From an uncultured Gemmatimonadales bacterium (GTDB lineage Bacteria > Gemmatimonadota > Gemmatimonadetes > Longimicrobiales > RSA9): a DNA stretch of 64,000 bases. The stretch lies in the NCBI GenBank assembly GCA_963798085.1, contig CAWCRS010000007.1:64001-128000 (forward strand), in the 5' to 3' direction. The position numbers were made by a program, and so were the translations under genes. Positions 54,476 to 64,000 of this stretch are shown here, in pieces; position 1 is the stretch's first letter, and each line of letters begins with the position of its first letter. A model generated the notes under the pieces. That model made no database searches, had not been told where the DNA came from, and was given only the letters and a program-made list of their open reading frames with translations.

Positions 54476-55975
54476 ATGGAGTTAGAGAGGGGAGGGGACC
54501 GGCCCGCGCCCATCGAGCTGAGTCCCGATCGTTTCCGCCGGGCCGGCCACCGCCTGGTCGACCGCCTGGCCGACTACCTGGCCGCGCTGCCCGGCGCACC
54601 ATTGACGCGTGCGGCCACACCCGCGGAGCTGCGCGCAATGCTGGGCGCGGGCGCCCTGCCCGAGCAGGGATCGCCCGCCGAGGAACTCCTCGAGGAAGCC
54701 ACCAGTCTGCTGCTCGAACATTCGCTGTTCAACGGACATCCGCGTTTCTGGGGCTTCATCACGTCCTCCGGAGCGCCCATCGGCGCGCTGGCTGATCTGC
54801 TGGCCGCGGCCATCAACCCCAACGCGGGGGGTTGGCAGCTGGCGCCGATGGCCTGCGAGATCGAGCGCCAGACCGTGCGCTGGATCGCCGAGCTGATCGG
54901 GTTTCCGGCGGACACGGGCGGACTGCTGGTGAGTGGCGGCAATGTGGCCAACCTGGTCGGCTTCTGGGTGGGCCGGCGCGTGCGGACACCATGGGACCTG
55001 CGTACGACAGGCTACGACGAAGGCGGGCGCGCGGTGCGCGTGTACGCGTCGCAGGAGACGCACACATGGGTGCAGAAGGCCGCCGACCTCTCGGGCATGG
55101 GCACCAACGCCATCCGCTGGGTGCCCACCGACGCGGCGCAGCGCATGGACATCGCAGCACTGCGCCGGCAGCTCGCGGAGGATCGCGCGGCCGGCGACCT
55201 GCCGCTCATGGTCGTCGGCACGGCTGGCTCCGTCAGCACCGGCGCCATCGATCCGCTGCGCGAGATCGCGGCATTCTGTCGCGAGGAGAATCTGTGGTTC
55301 CACGTGGATGGCGCGTACGGCGCACCCGCCGCGTCACTCCCCGAGGCCAGCCCCGATCTCAAGGCCCTCGCCTTCGCCGACTCGGTGGCCATCGATCCGC
55401 ACAAGTGGCTCTACTCGCCGCTCGAGGCCGGCTGCGCGCTGGTGCGCGACGCCGAGCTGCTGCGCGACACGTTCAGCTTCCATCCGCCGTATTATCCGGC
55501 GCCCGAGCCGCTCACGCCCGACGCGCCCATCTACTACCACGAGTTCGGTCCGCAGAACTCGCGCGGGTTCCGGGCGCTCAAGGTCTGGCTGGGGCTGCGT
55601 CAGGCGGGCCGAACCGGCTGCGTGCAGATGATCCGTGATGACATCGCGTTAGCCAGGCACATGTACCAGCTGGCCGACGCGCACGCCGAGCTGCAGGCCT
55701 TCAGCAATTCGCTCAGCATCACGACGTTCCGCTACGTGCCGCCGGGCCTGAAGCCGGGCGAGGCCGACGACGAGACGCGCATTGATCGCCTCAACCGGGA
55801 GCTGCTCGAGCGCCTGCAGGAAGGCGGCGAAGTCTTCGTGTCCAATGCCGTGCTGAAGGGGCGCTTCGCGCTGCGTGCCTGCATCGTCAACTTCCGCACA
55901 CAGCTCGCCGACGTGGACGCGCTCATCGAGACGGTGGTGCGCGTGGGGCGCGAGCTGCACGCGCGGCAGCGCTGA
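54476..55975 (+). CDS. PLP-dependent group II (aromatic amino acid/glutamate-type) decarboxylase
   Basis: HPRFWG, SGGNVAN, WFHVDGAYG, DPHKWL, SRGFRALKVW. Confidence 0.92.
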   Translation: MELERGGDRPAPIELSPDRFRRAGHRLVDRLADYLAALPGAPLTRAATPAELRAMLGAGALPEQGSPAEELLEEATSLLLEHSLFNGHPRFWGFITSSGAPIGALADLLAAAINPNAGGWQLAPMACEIERQTVRWIAELIGFPADTGGLLVSGGNVANLVGFWVGRRVRTPWDLRTTGYDEGGRAVRVYASQETHTWVQKAADLSGMGTNAIRWVPTDAAQRMDIAALRRQLAEDRAAGDLPLMVVGTAGSVSTGAIDPLREIAAFCREENLWFHVDGAYGAPAASLPEASPDLKALAFADSVAIDPHKWLYSPLEAGCALVRDAELLRDTFSFHPPYYPAPEPLTPDAPIYYHEFGPQNSRGFRALKVWLGLRQAGRTGCVQMIRDDIALARHMYQLADAHAELQAFSNSLSITTFRYVPPGLKPGEADDETRIDRLNRELLERLQEGGEVFVSNAVLKGRFALRACIVNFRTQLADVDALIETVVRVGRELHARQR

Positions 55976-56180
55976 GCCGGATCACGGACCACCCATCGTC
56001 GCCTGCAATGAGACACGTCCGCAACGCGATCAGGCAAGCCGCAACGGGGCGAGACCGGTGCCGGACCGGCGCGTCGTGCGCATGCGTCCGCCGCTCTATC
56101 ACGGCCATGGTGGCGGGATGGCCGGCCGGTTGCGTCCGGATCGCAGGCCTGCTGGTCCACGAAGCGACTCGGGCATCCGC

Positions 56181-56603
56181 ATGAACACCGCGATTCTCGG
56201 TGTGCTGGAGACCAGCCTCTACGCATTGGATCTCGACGCAGCCGAGCGCTTCTACGTCGACGTGCTCGGCCTCGCGCTGCACTCGCGTGCGGCGGGGCGC
56301 CATGTGTTTCTGCGCTGCGGCACGGGCATGCTGCTGCTGTTCCAGCCGGAGCGGACACGCGTGGCCGGCGGGGAAGTGCCTCCCCATGGCGGGACCGGCG
56401 AGGGCCACGTGGCGCTCGCCGTGCCGGAGACCGACATCGACGCGTGGCGCACACGCCTGCAGGACGCGGGCGTACGCATCGAAGCGGAAGTGACCTGGCC
56501 GCGCGGCGGCCGCTCCCTTTATTTCCGCGATCCCGCAGGCAACAGCCTCGAGCTGACATCACCCCGCATCTGGGGACTGCCAGAGGTGACGGTCACGCCA
56601 TGA
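56181..56603 (+). CDS. VOC/glyoxalase family protein
   Basis: LETSLY..DL..A..FY, HVAL, SLYFRDPAGNSLEL. Confidence 0.9.
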   Translation: MNTAILGVLETSLYALDLDAAERFYVDVLGLALHSRAAGRHVFLRCGTGMLLLFQPERTRVAGGEVPPHGGTGEGHVALAVPETDIDAWRTRLQDAGVRIEAEVTWPRGGRSLYFRDPAGNSLELTSPRIWGLPEVTVTP

Positions 56604-57079
56604 GCGAGCTGCGCGAGCCGGCCACCATTCGCCTCGCCACGCAGGCGGACGCCAGCGAACTGGCTCGACTGCGCTACGTATTCCGCGCCGAAGAGCGCAT
56701 GCCGACCGAGCCCGAGTCCACGTTCCGCGAACGCTGCCACGAGTGGATGCACGAACGTCTCGACGGTCGCGCCAGCTGGCAGTGCTGGGTGGCGGTGGAA
56801 CAGGGTCTTATCGTCGGTACCATTCGGGTTCAGCTGTTCGAGAAGATCCCCAATCCCGCAGAGGAATTCGAGCGTCACGCCTACATCAGCAACTTCTTCG
56901 TGCTCGACAGCCGGCGAGGCCAGGGTCTGGGCGGGCGATTGCTGACAGCCGCGCTCGACTGGTGTCGTCGCCAGCAGGTCAATGCCGTCATCCTCTGGCC
57001 GTCGAAGCGCAGTCGCCCGATCTACCTGCGCCACGGCTTTGCCGTCAGCGACCAGCTCCTGCAACAGCTGCTCCGCTGA
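56600..57079 (+). CDS. GNAT family N-acetyltransferase
   Basis: AYISNFFV, RGQGLG, IY.RHGF; ATGA overlap with the VOC gene. Confidence 0.88.
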   Translation: MSELREPATIRLATQADASELARLRYVFRAEERMPTEPESTFRERCHEWMHERLDGRASWQCWVAVEQGLIVGTIRVQLFEKIPNPAEEFERHAYISNFFVLDSRRGQGLGGRLLTAALDWCRRQQVNAVILWPSKRSRPIYLRHGFAVSDQLLQQLLR

Positions 57080-57170
57080 TCCGCGCGCGTGGTTGATTCG
57101 GGATTTCCATCCTTGACTGCACGGACCGTGCGGCTCCATCCTTCTTCCCTCACTTTCTGAGGGGGACCCC

Positions 57171-57503
57171 CTGGCTCGTGAGCTGGACCTCATCAAGGGC
57201 ACGCTCAATGTGCTCGTCCTCAAGGCGCTGTCCTTCGGGGCACTGCACGGCTATGCGGTGTCGCGCTGGGTGCGCGAGCGCACGGGTGGTGTGCTGGGTG
57301 TGGAAGATGCGGCGCTCTACCAGTCGCTGCACCGGCTGGAGAAGAAGGAGTGGATCGCGTCGGAGTGGGGCGTCTCGGAGAACAACCGGCGTGCGAAGTA
57401 CTATCAGCTCACGACGAAGGGCAGGAAGCGGCTGCGTTCGGAGGAATCGACCTGGCGCGAGTACGCGGCCGCCGTGTTTCGCGTGCTGGACACGTCGTCA
57501 TGA
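57171..57503 (+). CDS. PadR family transcriptional regulator
   Basis: GTLNVLVLKAL, HGYAV, ALYQSLHRLE, SENNRRAKYYQLT. Conserved N-terminus implies a start near CTG 57171 (uncertain). Confidence 0.88.
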   Translation: MARELDLIKGTLNVLVLKALSFGALHGYAVSRWVRERTGGVLGVEDAALYQSLHRLEKKEWIASEWGVSENNRRAKYYQLTTKGRKRLRSEESTWREYAAAVFRVLDTSS

Positions 57504-57995
57504 TGTGGTGCGCGGCGCACGCTGCCGGTCGGACCAGCGGCGCACGAGTCCGGCCTCGACAGGCGAGACATCGGGCAGCGCATTGCTGATGGCGCGCGCG
57601 TAGCGCCATCTGCCATCATCGCCGCGGCGCAGGATGCACATGGCCTGGCCGGTCATGTGCACGACATCGCCGCCGCGCACGGGCGTGAGCGCGATTTCCT
57701 CACTGGTCCAGGCCCAGGCCCAGTCTCCCTCGACGCGCACTTCCCGTGTGGCCGCCACATGCTGCAGCGAGTAGTGCGACCACATCGTGCGGTAGAGGTC
57801 TTCGACAGCCTGCCGTCCCTCGAGGACTGCGGCGCGTGGTCGCAGGAACACCACGTCATCGGTCACCATGCACAGCATGCGGCCCAGGTTGTGCTCGCGC
57901 TCGGCGCGCAGCCACTCGCGCAGGAAGAGACGCACTTCGCCTGCACTGTCGGCATGCGCAACCGGCTCGCGGTCCTGACGACGCGGCTCCTGCAT
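57498..57995 (-). CDS. NTF2-like SgcJ/DUF4440 family protein
   Basis: TDDVVFL.P, GDWAWAW, LRR..DGRWR.AR. Confidence 0.8.
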   Translation of the reverse strand: MQEPRRQDREPVAHADSAGEVRLFLREWLRAEREHNLGRMLCMVTDDVVFLRPRAAVLEGRQAVEDLYRTMWSHYSLQHVAATREVRVEGDWAWAWTSEEIALTPVRGGDVVHMTGQAMCILRRGDDGRWRYARAISNALPDVSPVEAGLVRRWSDRQRAPRTTS

Positions 57996-58246
57996 CGTGC
58001 GTTCTCCCACCCGGCATGCACGCCGGTAACAGGATCCAATGCGCGCGCGTTCTGGCGCGGCAACAGAGGCAGCGCAGGCCCGGGATGCGGCGTGCGCTCT
58101 GATGCGGGTTCAATGCCTGACGCGGAACCCGCCGGAAATGTTTGAAGACGGCTGCCCGCGCAGCGGCTTCAACCCGGCCGGTGCGGGGAAGCCGTGGTTG
58201 CGGCGCGATTGTCTCGCGACCTGCCGACAGCGGATGACAGGCGACG

Positions 58247-59624
58247 TCACACGCCGCCGGCGACGTGTAACACGTCTGTCAGCAGCCACCACACGCCGAC
58301 GGTCAGGATGCAGCCGGGAATGATCCAGCGGATCCAGGCGTAGAGCCAGCGGGGTGCGGGCCGGCCGTCGCGGCCCAGCTCGCGCAGCGCCGCCGACTGC
58401 TGCAGGCACCAGCCCACCGTGATGGCGGCGAGCAGTGCGCCCAGCGTCTGCATGCCCGAGCCGAAGGTCAGATCCCAGGGCACGAAGACGCGCAGGTTGA
58501 TCATGGGTGGCAGAGCCAGCGCCATGACGAGCACGGTGACCAGCAGGGTGGCGTGGCGGCGGGCGAGCCGGGTGTTGTCGGTGATGCCGGCGATCAGCAC
58601 TTCCAGTGCGGCAATATCGGAGAGCAGTGCGGCGAGCAGCAGGGACACGAAGAAGAGTGCGGCGAAGAAATGGCCGGCGGGCATGGCCGCGAACACGCGG
58701 GGCAGCGTCTCGAAGATGAGGCCCGGCCCGCTGCCCGGCTGCAGGCCCAGCGCGAAGACGGCCGGAAAAATGGCGAGACCCGCGAGCAGGCCGGCGGCCG
58801 TGTCCGCGCTCGCGGTTAACACCGCATTACGACCCAGCGGCAGGTCTCTGGCGAGGTAGGAGCCGTACACGACCATGAAGGTGCCGCCCAGCGATAGCGA
58901 GAACACCACCTGCCCCAGCGCCGCTACCATCACGGTCGGCGTGAGGTCCGCAACGCGGAACTTGAGCAGGTACCACTGCACGCCCGCCCAGGCGCCGGGC
59001 AGTGTCACGCCGCGCACAATCAGGATGAGCAGAATGCCGAAGAGCGCGGGGACCAGCACGTTGCTGACGGCTTCAATGCCGCGGCGCAGGCCACGCACCA
59101 GCACGGCGGCGCACACCAGCAGCACCGTAGCCGTACAGCCCAGCTGCAGCAGGAACAATGTCGGCACGAAGCCGCTCGCGGGGGGCAGCACCCGCCCCGC
59201 ATTGAAGGCCGGCAGGCGCACGGCTTCGAGCAGATTCTGCAGCGCGAACGCGAGCACCCAGCCGATGGCGTTCGAGTAGTAGGCGGTGGCCGCCGTGACC
59301 ACGATGAACAGGAACCAGCCGATGGGCCGGCCCAGCGGCAGGCCGGCGCGCTGGAACGCACCCACGGTACCGCGTCCCGTGTGCCGCCCCAGTGACCATT
59401 CCGCCATCAGGCCGGGCACACCGATCGCGGCGGCCACGATGATGTAGAGAGATGACGAACGCAGCGCCGCCGAAACGGCCGACGAGGTAGGGGAAGCGCC
59501 AGAAATTGCCGAGACCCACGGCCACGCCGATCATCGCGAGCACGGCGGCGGTGGCAGAAGTGAACGTCGGTCGCTCCGCCGTGCTGTCTTGCGGCGCTGC
59601 CGGCGAGTGCTCCGTGTCTTTCAT
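58247..59624 (-). CDS. Sodium-dependent transporter, SNF/NSS family (frameshift near 59445)
   Basis: GVAVGLGNFWRFPY, GQVVFSLSLG, GPGLIF.TLP. Confidence 0.92.
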
Positions 59625-59634
59625 GCGGCGGGCG

Positions 59635-60735
59635 TCAGTCGGCGCGCGGGTCGATCAGCGCCTTGATGATGCTTCCATCCGCCACACGGTCCAGTGCTTC
59701 ATTGGCGCGCGCGAGGCTGTAGCGCTCGAGCTGCAGTTTCGTCCAGGGCAATGCACGCTCCGCATCCGCCATGATGCGGATTGCCCGCCAGAAGTGTGAG
59801 AAGTCGGAGCCCCAGCAGCCGCGCACCTCGAGATGCTTGCGGTTCAGCTCGGTGTGCGGATTGAACGGCGTCGCACCGTGATCCGTGTACTGACCCAGCA
59901 CCACGACGCGGCCGGCATCACGCGTGCAGCGCATGGCCTGCGTGACGGCCGCGGGCACGCCGGTCGCTTCAATGGTGACATCGGCGCCCCGGCCGGCCGT
60001 GCGCGCGCGCACCCACTCGAGTCTTTCATCCGGCGACAATGCTTCGATGCTCAGCACCGCGCTTGCGCCGACCGCGCGTGCCGCCGCCAGCCGCACATCG
60101 GGCGCGCCAATGCAGAGCACATCGAGCGCGCCCACCATGCGTGCCAGGATGATGGCGCTGAGTCCGACCGGGCCGCTGCCCAGCACCAGCACGCTGTCGC
60201 CGAGACGGATTTCCGCGCGATCAATGCCGTGGATCGCGGTGGGCAGTCCGCAGCCGCCCGCCATGAACGACTCGGACGCGACGCCATCCATGCGGATGCA
60301 GCGCGTGCCCGGCTTGAGGTACAGCATTTCCGCCCAGCCGCCCGCCAGTACGTCAGCCTCGCCGTAGGTTATGCCGTAGACGCGTCGCTCCGGACAACGC
60401 GTCGTCGCCTTCGCCACGAGGCAGTACCAGCACGCATTGCAGGTGCGGTGCACATCGAGGAAGGTGATGCGATCGCCCTCCGCGAACGCGCGGCCCTCGA
60501 CATCGCGCAGGGTGCCGCGGATCTGCGCGAGCGTGCCCACCGTGACGTGCCCGGGGATGAGCGGGTAGGGCACGCCGGTGAGTCGGCCCGCACGCAGGTG
60601 CACATCGGTGCCACACACTTCGCTCAGCTCGACTGCGAGCAGGGCGGAATCCGGCTCGAGCGCCGGTTCCGCGTACTCGCGGACTTCGGCGCTCCGGCCG
60701 GGAGCCGGGATGACGACGGCGGCAATGCGTCTCAT
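59635..60735 (-). CDS. Zinc-binding alcohol dehydrogenase family protein
   Basis: VCGTDVH, CNACWYC...C, GSGPVG, EATG. Confidence 0.9.
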   Translation of the reverse strand: MRRIAAVVIPAPGRSAEVREYAEPALEPDSALLAVELSEVCGTDVHLRAGRLTGVPYPLIPGHVTVGTLAQIRGTLRDVEGRAFAEGDRITFLDVHRTCNACWYCLVAKATTRCPERRVYGITYGEADVLAGGWAEMLYLKPGTRCIRMDGVASESFMAGGCGLPTAIHGIDRAEIRLGDSVLVLGSGPVGLSAIILARMVGALDVLCIGAPDVRLAAARAVGASAVLSIEALSPDERLEWVRARTAGRGADVTIEATGVPAAVTQAMRCTRDAGRVVVLGQYTDHGATPFNPHTELNRKHLEVRGCWGSDFSHFWRAIRIMADAERALPWTKLQLERYSLARANEALDRVADGSIIKALIDPRAD

Positions 60736-60884
60736 GGGCCGCACAATATGGCGGCCGCAACGCGTGGCGGCCAACGCGCGCCGCAGCGGGGTCTTTCTGG
60801 CGGGCATGGATTCCCGCATCTTGTCGGCGCGCGCGGCACACAAGCAGGGGTCGCAGCGCCCGCACCAGCCAACCGGATAACAAC

Positions 60885-63260
60885 GTGCTGAACAGGTCCC
60901 GCTCCGTACGTCGGCAGAGCGAAGCGTACGCGCGGCGAGGCGCCGCGCTGTGCGGCAGCGCCACAGGCGTGATGCTGGCGCTGGCCGCGCTTCCCGTGGC
61001 GAGTCAGGCGCAGGAATCGCGCACCGGCGACAGCCGTCCCGCCATTGTTGCGGTACGCGCCACATCGCCGGTGCACGTGGATGGCATCTTCGACGAACCG
61101 TTCTGGACGCTGGCACGCGCGGTCACCGGCTTCGTGCAGAGCGAGCCGCGTGAAGGGCAGCCGGCCACGGAGCGCACGGAAGTGCGCGTGGCATACGACG
61201 CCGACAACCTCTACATCGCGGCGTACATGCACGACACGGAACCCAATGCGGTGGTGGTCAACGAAATTCGCAAGGACTTCAAGGCGGAGGATCAGGACAC
61301 GTTCGAGCTGCTGCTCGACACCTTCACGGACCGCCGCAACGGCTACGTCTTCATGACCAACGCGGAAGGCGCACGCGGGGATCAGCAGTCGGCAAACGAA
61401 GGACGGGAGGTCAATACCAGCTGGGATGCGGTGTGGACCGTGAAGACGCGTCGCATGCCTGATGGCTGGACCGCGGAGATGGCGATTCCGTTTCGCGCAC
61501 TGCGCTCCGCACGCACGGCGACACCCGCGCCGGCCGTGCAGGCCAATGTGGCGGGAACCGTGGGCGGCGAATCGACGACGCGGCTGCAGTCCGCGGGCGC
61601 GACGCTGCGCGTGGCTGATGCGCAGGCGCCCGTGGTCTGGGGCGTGAACTTCAGCCGGCGCATCCGCCGCCGCAACGAGATCGACTTCTGGGCACCCGTG
61701 CCGCGCGCCTACAACCTCACGCGCGCCTCACTCGAAGGCGATCTGCAGGGCCTGCCCGCGAACGCGGGCGGCCGCGACCTGCGCTTCAAGCCCTACATCG
61801 CGGGACGCGCGCTGCGCGAAACCGGGCTGCGTCACGTCGGCACCACGCAGGACGTGGGCGTCGACCTGAAATACGGTGTCAGTTCCGGGCTGACGCTCAA
61901 TGGCACGGTGAATCCGGACTTCGCACAGGTGGAAGTCGACGAGCAGCAGGTCAACCTGACGCAGTTCAGCCAGTTCTTCCCCGAGAAGCGCGAGTTCTTC
62001 CTGGAGAACTCCGGCGTGTTCTACGTGGGCGATGCGGCGAGGAGCAATCGCGTGTTCACGCCGCCCACGCCCGACGAGGATCTGCTGCTCTTCTTCAGCC
62101 GTCGCATCGGCCTCAACGCCGACGGCGAGGAGATTCCCATCATGGGCGGCGCCCGCCTCACGGGCCACGCCGGCGGCTTCGTGCTGGGCGCGCTCAGCAC
62201 GCAGACGAAGCGCAGCGCCTCTGCGCCCGCCACCAACTACAGCGTACTGCGCGTGCGCCGCAATCTGCTCCGTAACTCCGATGTGGGCGGCATCTTCATG
62301 ATGCGCCAGAACACGGATGAAGGCGACGATTTCAATCGCGTGTACGGCGCGGACTTCAACCTGCGTCTGCCGGCACGCACCGACTGGAACTCGTACCTCA
62401 TCCACACCCAATCCCCCACAGTGGCCGGCGGCGGCTGGGCACTGCGCAGCTCATTCAATCACGAGGGCAATTTCTACCACGGCAAGGGCGGCCTGATGGT
62501 GATCGACGATGGCTTCGTCAATGACATGGGCTACTACCGGCGCACGGGCGTGCACAAATGGCTGCTCGACACCGGCCTGCGGCCGCGTCCGGAACTGCTG
62601 CGCCGCCACGGCATCCGCGAGATGCACCCGCACCTGACATGGGATTACTACACGGACCTGCACGGCGCAATGATCGCCAAGAAGCTGCACAGCGGCTACA
62701 CCTTCTTCCTCGATAATGGCGGCTTCATCGAACTCTCCGCGAACCCGCGCTTCGAGCAGATCGACGCACCGCTGCTGCTGCACCCCGCAGCCGATTCACT
62801 GCCCGCGGGCCACTACGGCTGGAACGAGTGGACCCTCAAGGTGGTGACCGATCCCAGCCGCTTCGCATCCGTGAACTTCACCGGCACCACCGGTGGCCTG
62901 TGGAGCGGCACACAGAAGACCGTGCAGGCGACGCTCGCCCTCAAGCCTTCTTACCGCTTCCGCACCACCCTCGGCGCGCAGCGCACCGACGCCCGCCTGG
63001 ACGCGCCCGTCGGCAACTTCGTGCGCACCATCTGGACCGCGCGCACCAACTACTCGTTCAACACCGGCATGTTCATCGACGCCTTCGCCCAGTACGATCC
63101 CGACCAGAAGCAGTTCAACACCAACATCCGCTTCAACGTGATCCACCACCCCCTGAGCGACCTGTTCATCGTCTACAACGAACAGCGCATTACCGGCATC
63201 GGCGCACCCCTGCCCGGTCGCAGCGTCATCATCAAGGTCACCCGGATGTTCTCTTTCTGA
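60885..63260 (+). CDS. CBM9-like plus DUF5916 outer-membrane protein
   Basis: VDG.FDE..W, WTAEMAIPF, NPDFAQVE.D, FPEKREFFLE, FFSRRIG. Start may be near 60972. Confidence 0.88.
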   Translation: MLNRSRSVRRQSEAYARRGAALCGSATGVMLALAALPVASQAQESRTGDSRPAIVAVRATSPVHVDGIFDEPFWTLARAVTGFVQSEPREGQPATERTEVRVAYDADNLYIAAYMHDTEPNAVVVNEIRKDFKAEDQDTFELLLDTFTDRRNGYVFMTNAEGARGDQQSANEGREVNTSWDAVWTVKTRRMPDGWTAEMAIPFRALRSARTATPAPAVQANVAGTVGGESTTRLQSAGATLRVADAQAPVVWGVNFSRRIRRRNEIDFWAPVPRAYNLTRASLEGDLQGLPANAGGRDLRFKPYIAGRALRETGLRHVGTTQDVGVDLKYGVSSGLTLNGTVNPDFAQVEVDEQQVNLTQFSQFFPEKREFFLENSGVFYVGDAARSNRVFTPPTPDEDLLLFFSRRIGLNADGEEIPIMGGARLTGHAGGFVLGALSTQTKRSASAPATNYSVLRVRRNLLRNSDVGGIFMMRQNTDEGDDFNRVYGADFNLRLPARTDWNSYLIHTQSPTVAGGGWALRSSFNHEGNFYHGKGGLMVIDDGFVNDMGYYRRTGVHKWLLDTGLRPRPELLRRHGIREMHPHLTWDYYTDLHGAMIAKKLHSGYTFFLDNGGFIELSANPRFEQIDAPLLLHPAADSLPAGHYGWNEWTLKVVTDPSRFASVNFTGTTGGLWSGTQKTVQATLALKPSYRFRTTLGAQRTDARLDAPVGNFVRTIWTARTNYSFNTGMFIDAFAQYDPDQKQFNTNIRFNVIHHPLSDLFIVYNEQRITGIGAPLPGRSVIIKVTRMFSF

Positions 63261-63266
63261 GGATCA

Positions 63267-63305
63267 GGGCTGGGGCTCGGGCTGGGGCTCGGGCTGGGGC
63301 TCGGG
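63267..63305. repeat. 12-bp tandem repeat x3
   Basis: (GGGCTGGGGCTC)x3 plus GGG. Confidence 0.9.
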
Positions 63306-63338
63306 TATTCGTCCGGCTGCGGCGCCTGCCGGGAACGG

Positions 63339-63659
63339 CACGCGGAGAGCGCAGAGAACGGATCGTTTTCACACAGGGGCCACAGGGTCAGCACAGGGCG
63401 GATTCATGTGGGGGATCATCAGGGGGCGGGGCGCTCCGCGCTGCGGCCAGCATCGCGCCCGCAGCCTCCCGCGCTCCGCAGCAGCAGAAGGTTGCAATTC
63501 GTCAGTAGCGCTCCCGACGTGATCGAGCATCCCAACGGTGGCCTTCCGCGCCCTCACCGGTCTCTGCGGTGAGAAAGCAATAACAATCCGTTATCAGGTC
63601 CCCCGACATGCCCGGATGCCCGAACCGCGACCCTCCGCGCCTCGGCGCTCTCTGCGGTG
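63339..63659. repeat. Nested inverted-repeat element, copy 3
   Basis: CACGCGGAGAGCGCAGAG (63339); ACGGAT at 63358; inverted copies at 63552-63571 and 63640-63659; AATCCGT at 63585. Confidence 0.75.
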
Positions 63660-63662
63660 GCG

Positions 63663-64000
63663 TTATTTGCGGCAGGGTGATGGGCGGACGGTGTAGGCGA
63701 TGTCGACGATGATCCAGCCGTTTTCGGCGCGGGCCAGGTGGAAGGCGTCGGTGCCGCAGTGGCTGAACTGGTCGCCGCGGTGGAAGTCGTAGTAGGTCCA
63801 GACGGCGGCGAGGTTGCCATCGACGCGGACTTCGGGATCGCGCGACTGCTCGTCCAGGCGGGTGCCGGCGCCGGCGACCTGCGTGATGAAGTCGCTGACG
63901 GTGGTGGTGCGCACGCTCGGATGACCCTGCGTTTCGAGCGGCACGAACAGGTGTGCGTCCGGGTGCAGCAGTGCGCGGATCGCGGCGGTGTCAGTGGCGC
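63663..64000 (-). CDS. NTF2-like protein (5' end outside the window)
   Basis: EVRVDGNLAAVWTYYDF, FSHCGTDAFHL, W.IVDIAYT. Confidence 0.85.
   Translation of the reverse strand, partial: ATDTAAIRALLHPDAHLFVPLETQGHPSVRTTTVSDFITQVAGAGTRLDEQSRDPEVRVDGNLAAVWTYYDFHRGDQFSHCGTDAFHLARAENGWIIVDIAYTVRPSPCRK

Noticed and set aside
56003..56015. 13-bp match CTGCAATGAGACA shared with 9942
   Set aside because: Too short and the flanks do not extend; could be chance.

Overview
GC-rich bacterial chromosomal window with about 53 CDS. The gene repertoire (6-bladed beta-propellers, DUF5916, PD40-amidohydrolase, orphan MacB-type permease, short PadR, HAF-repeat lipoprotein) suggests Gemmatimonadota; this is inference, not a database result. 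I found no rRNA, tRNA, integrase, transposase or cas gene. Contents in order: an FAD oxidoreductase/YceI/methyltransferase/amidohydrolase/BamA-like run with an HDAC gene wedged in antisense; pckA; an HD hydrolase; an NtrC-type two-component pair; ocd-chrB-chrA; EEP, ECF-YciI, AraC, DinB and ogt; cyclophilin; PD40-amidohydrolase; M28 peptidase, permease and ArsN2-like GNAT; HhH-GPD divergent from a long Lhr helicase; glyoxylate reductase and glycerate kinase; a multi-PAS hybrid kinase; PLP decarboxylase, VOC, GNAT and PadR; SNF symporter; Zn dehydrogenase; DUF5916. About ten genes carry frameshifts, most likely long-read consensus errors. The most notable unexplained structure is non-coding. 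(1) A 260-460 bp nested inverted-repeat element (consensus CACCGCRGAGAGCGCNGAGG...ACGGAT...AATCCGT...) occurs three times; two copies overlap gene ends and one appears to supply a peptidase signal peptide. (2) An 83-89 bp repeat array with a perfect 25-bp inverted repeat lies at 9.9-10.2 kb. (3) A 23-bp repeat cluster lies between the HhH glycosylase and Lhr, with one copy in-frame inside lhr. All family assignments come from motif recognition by eye.
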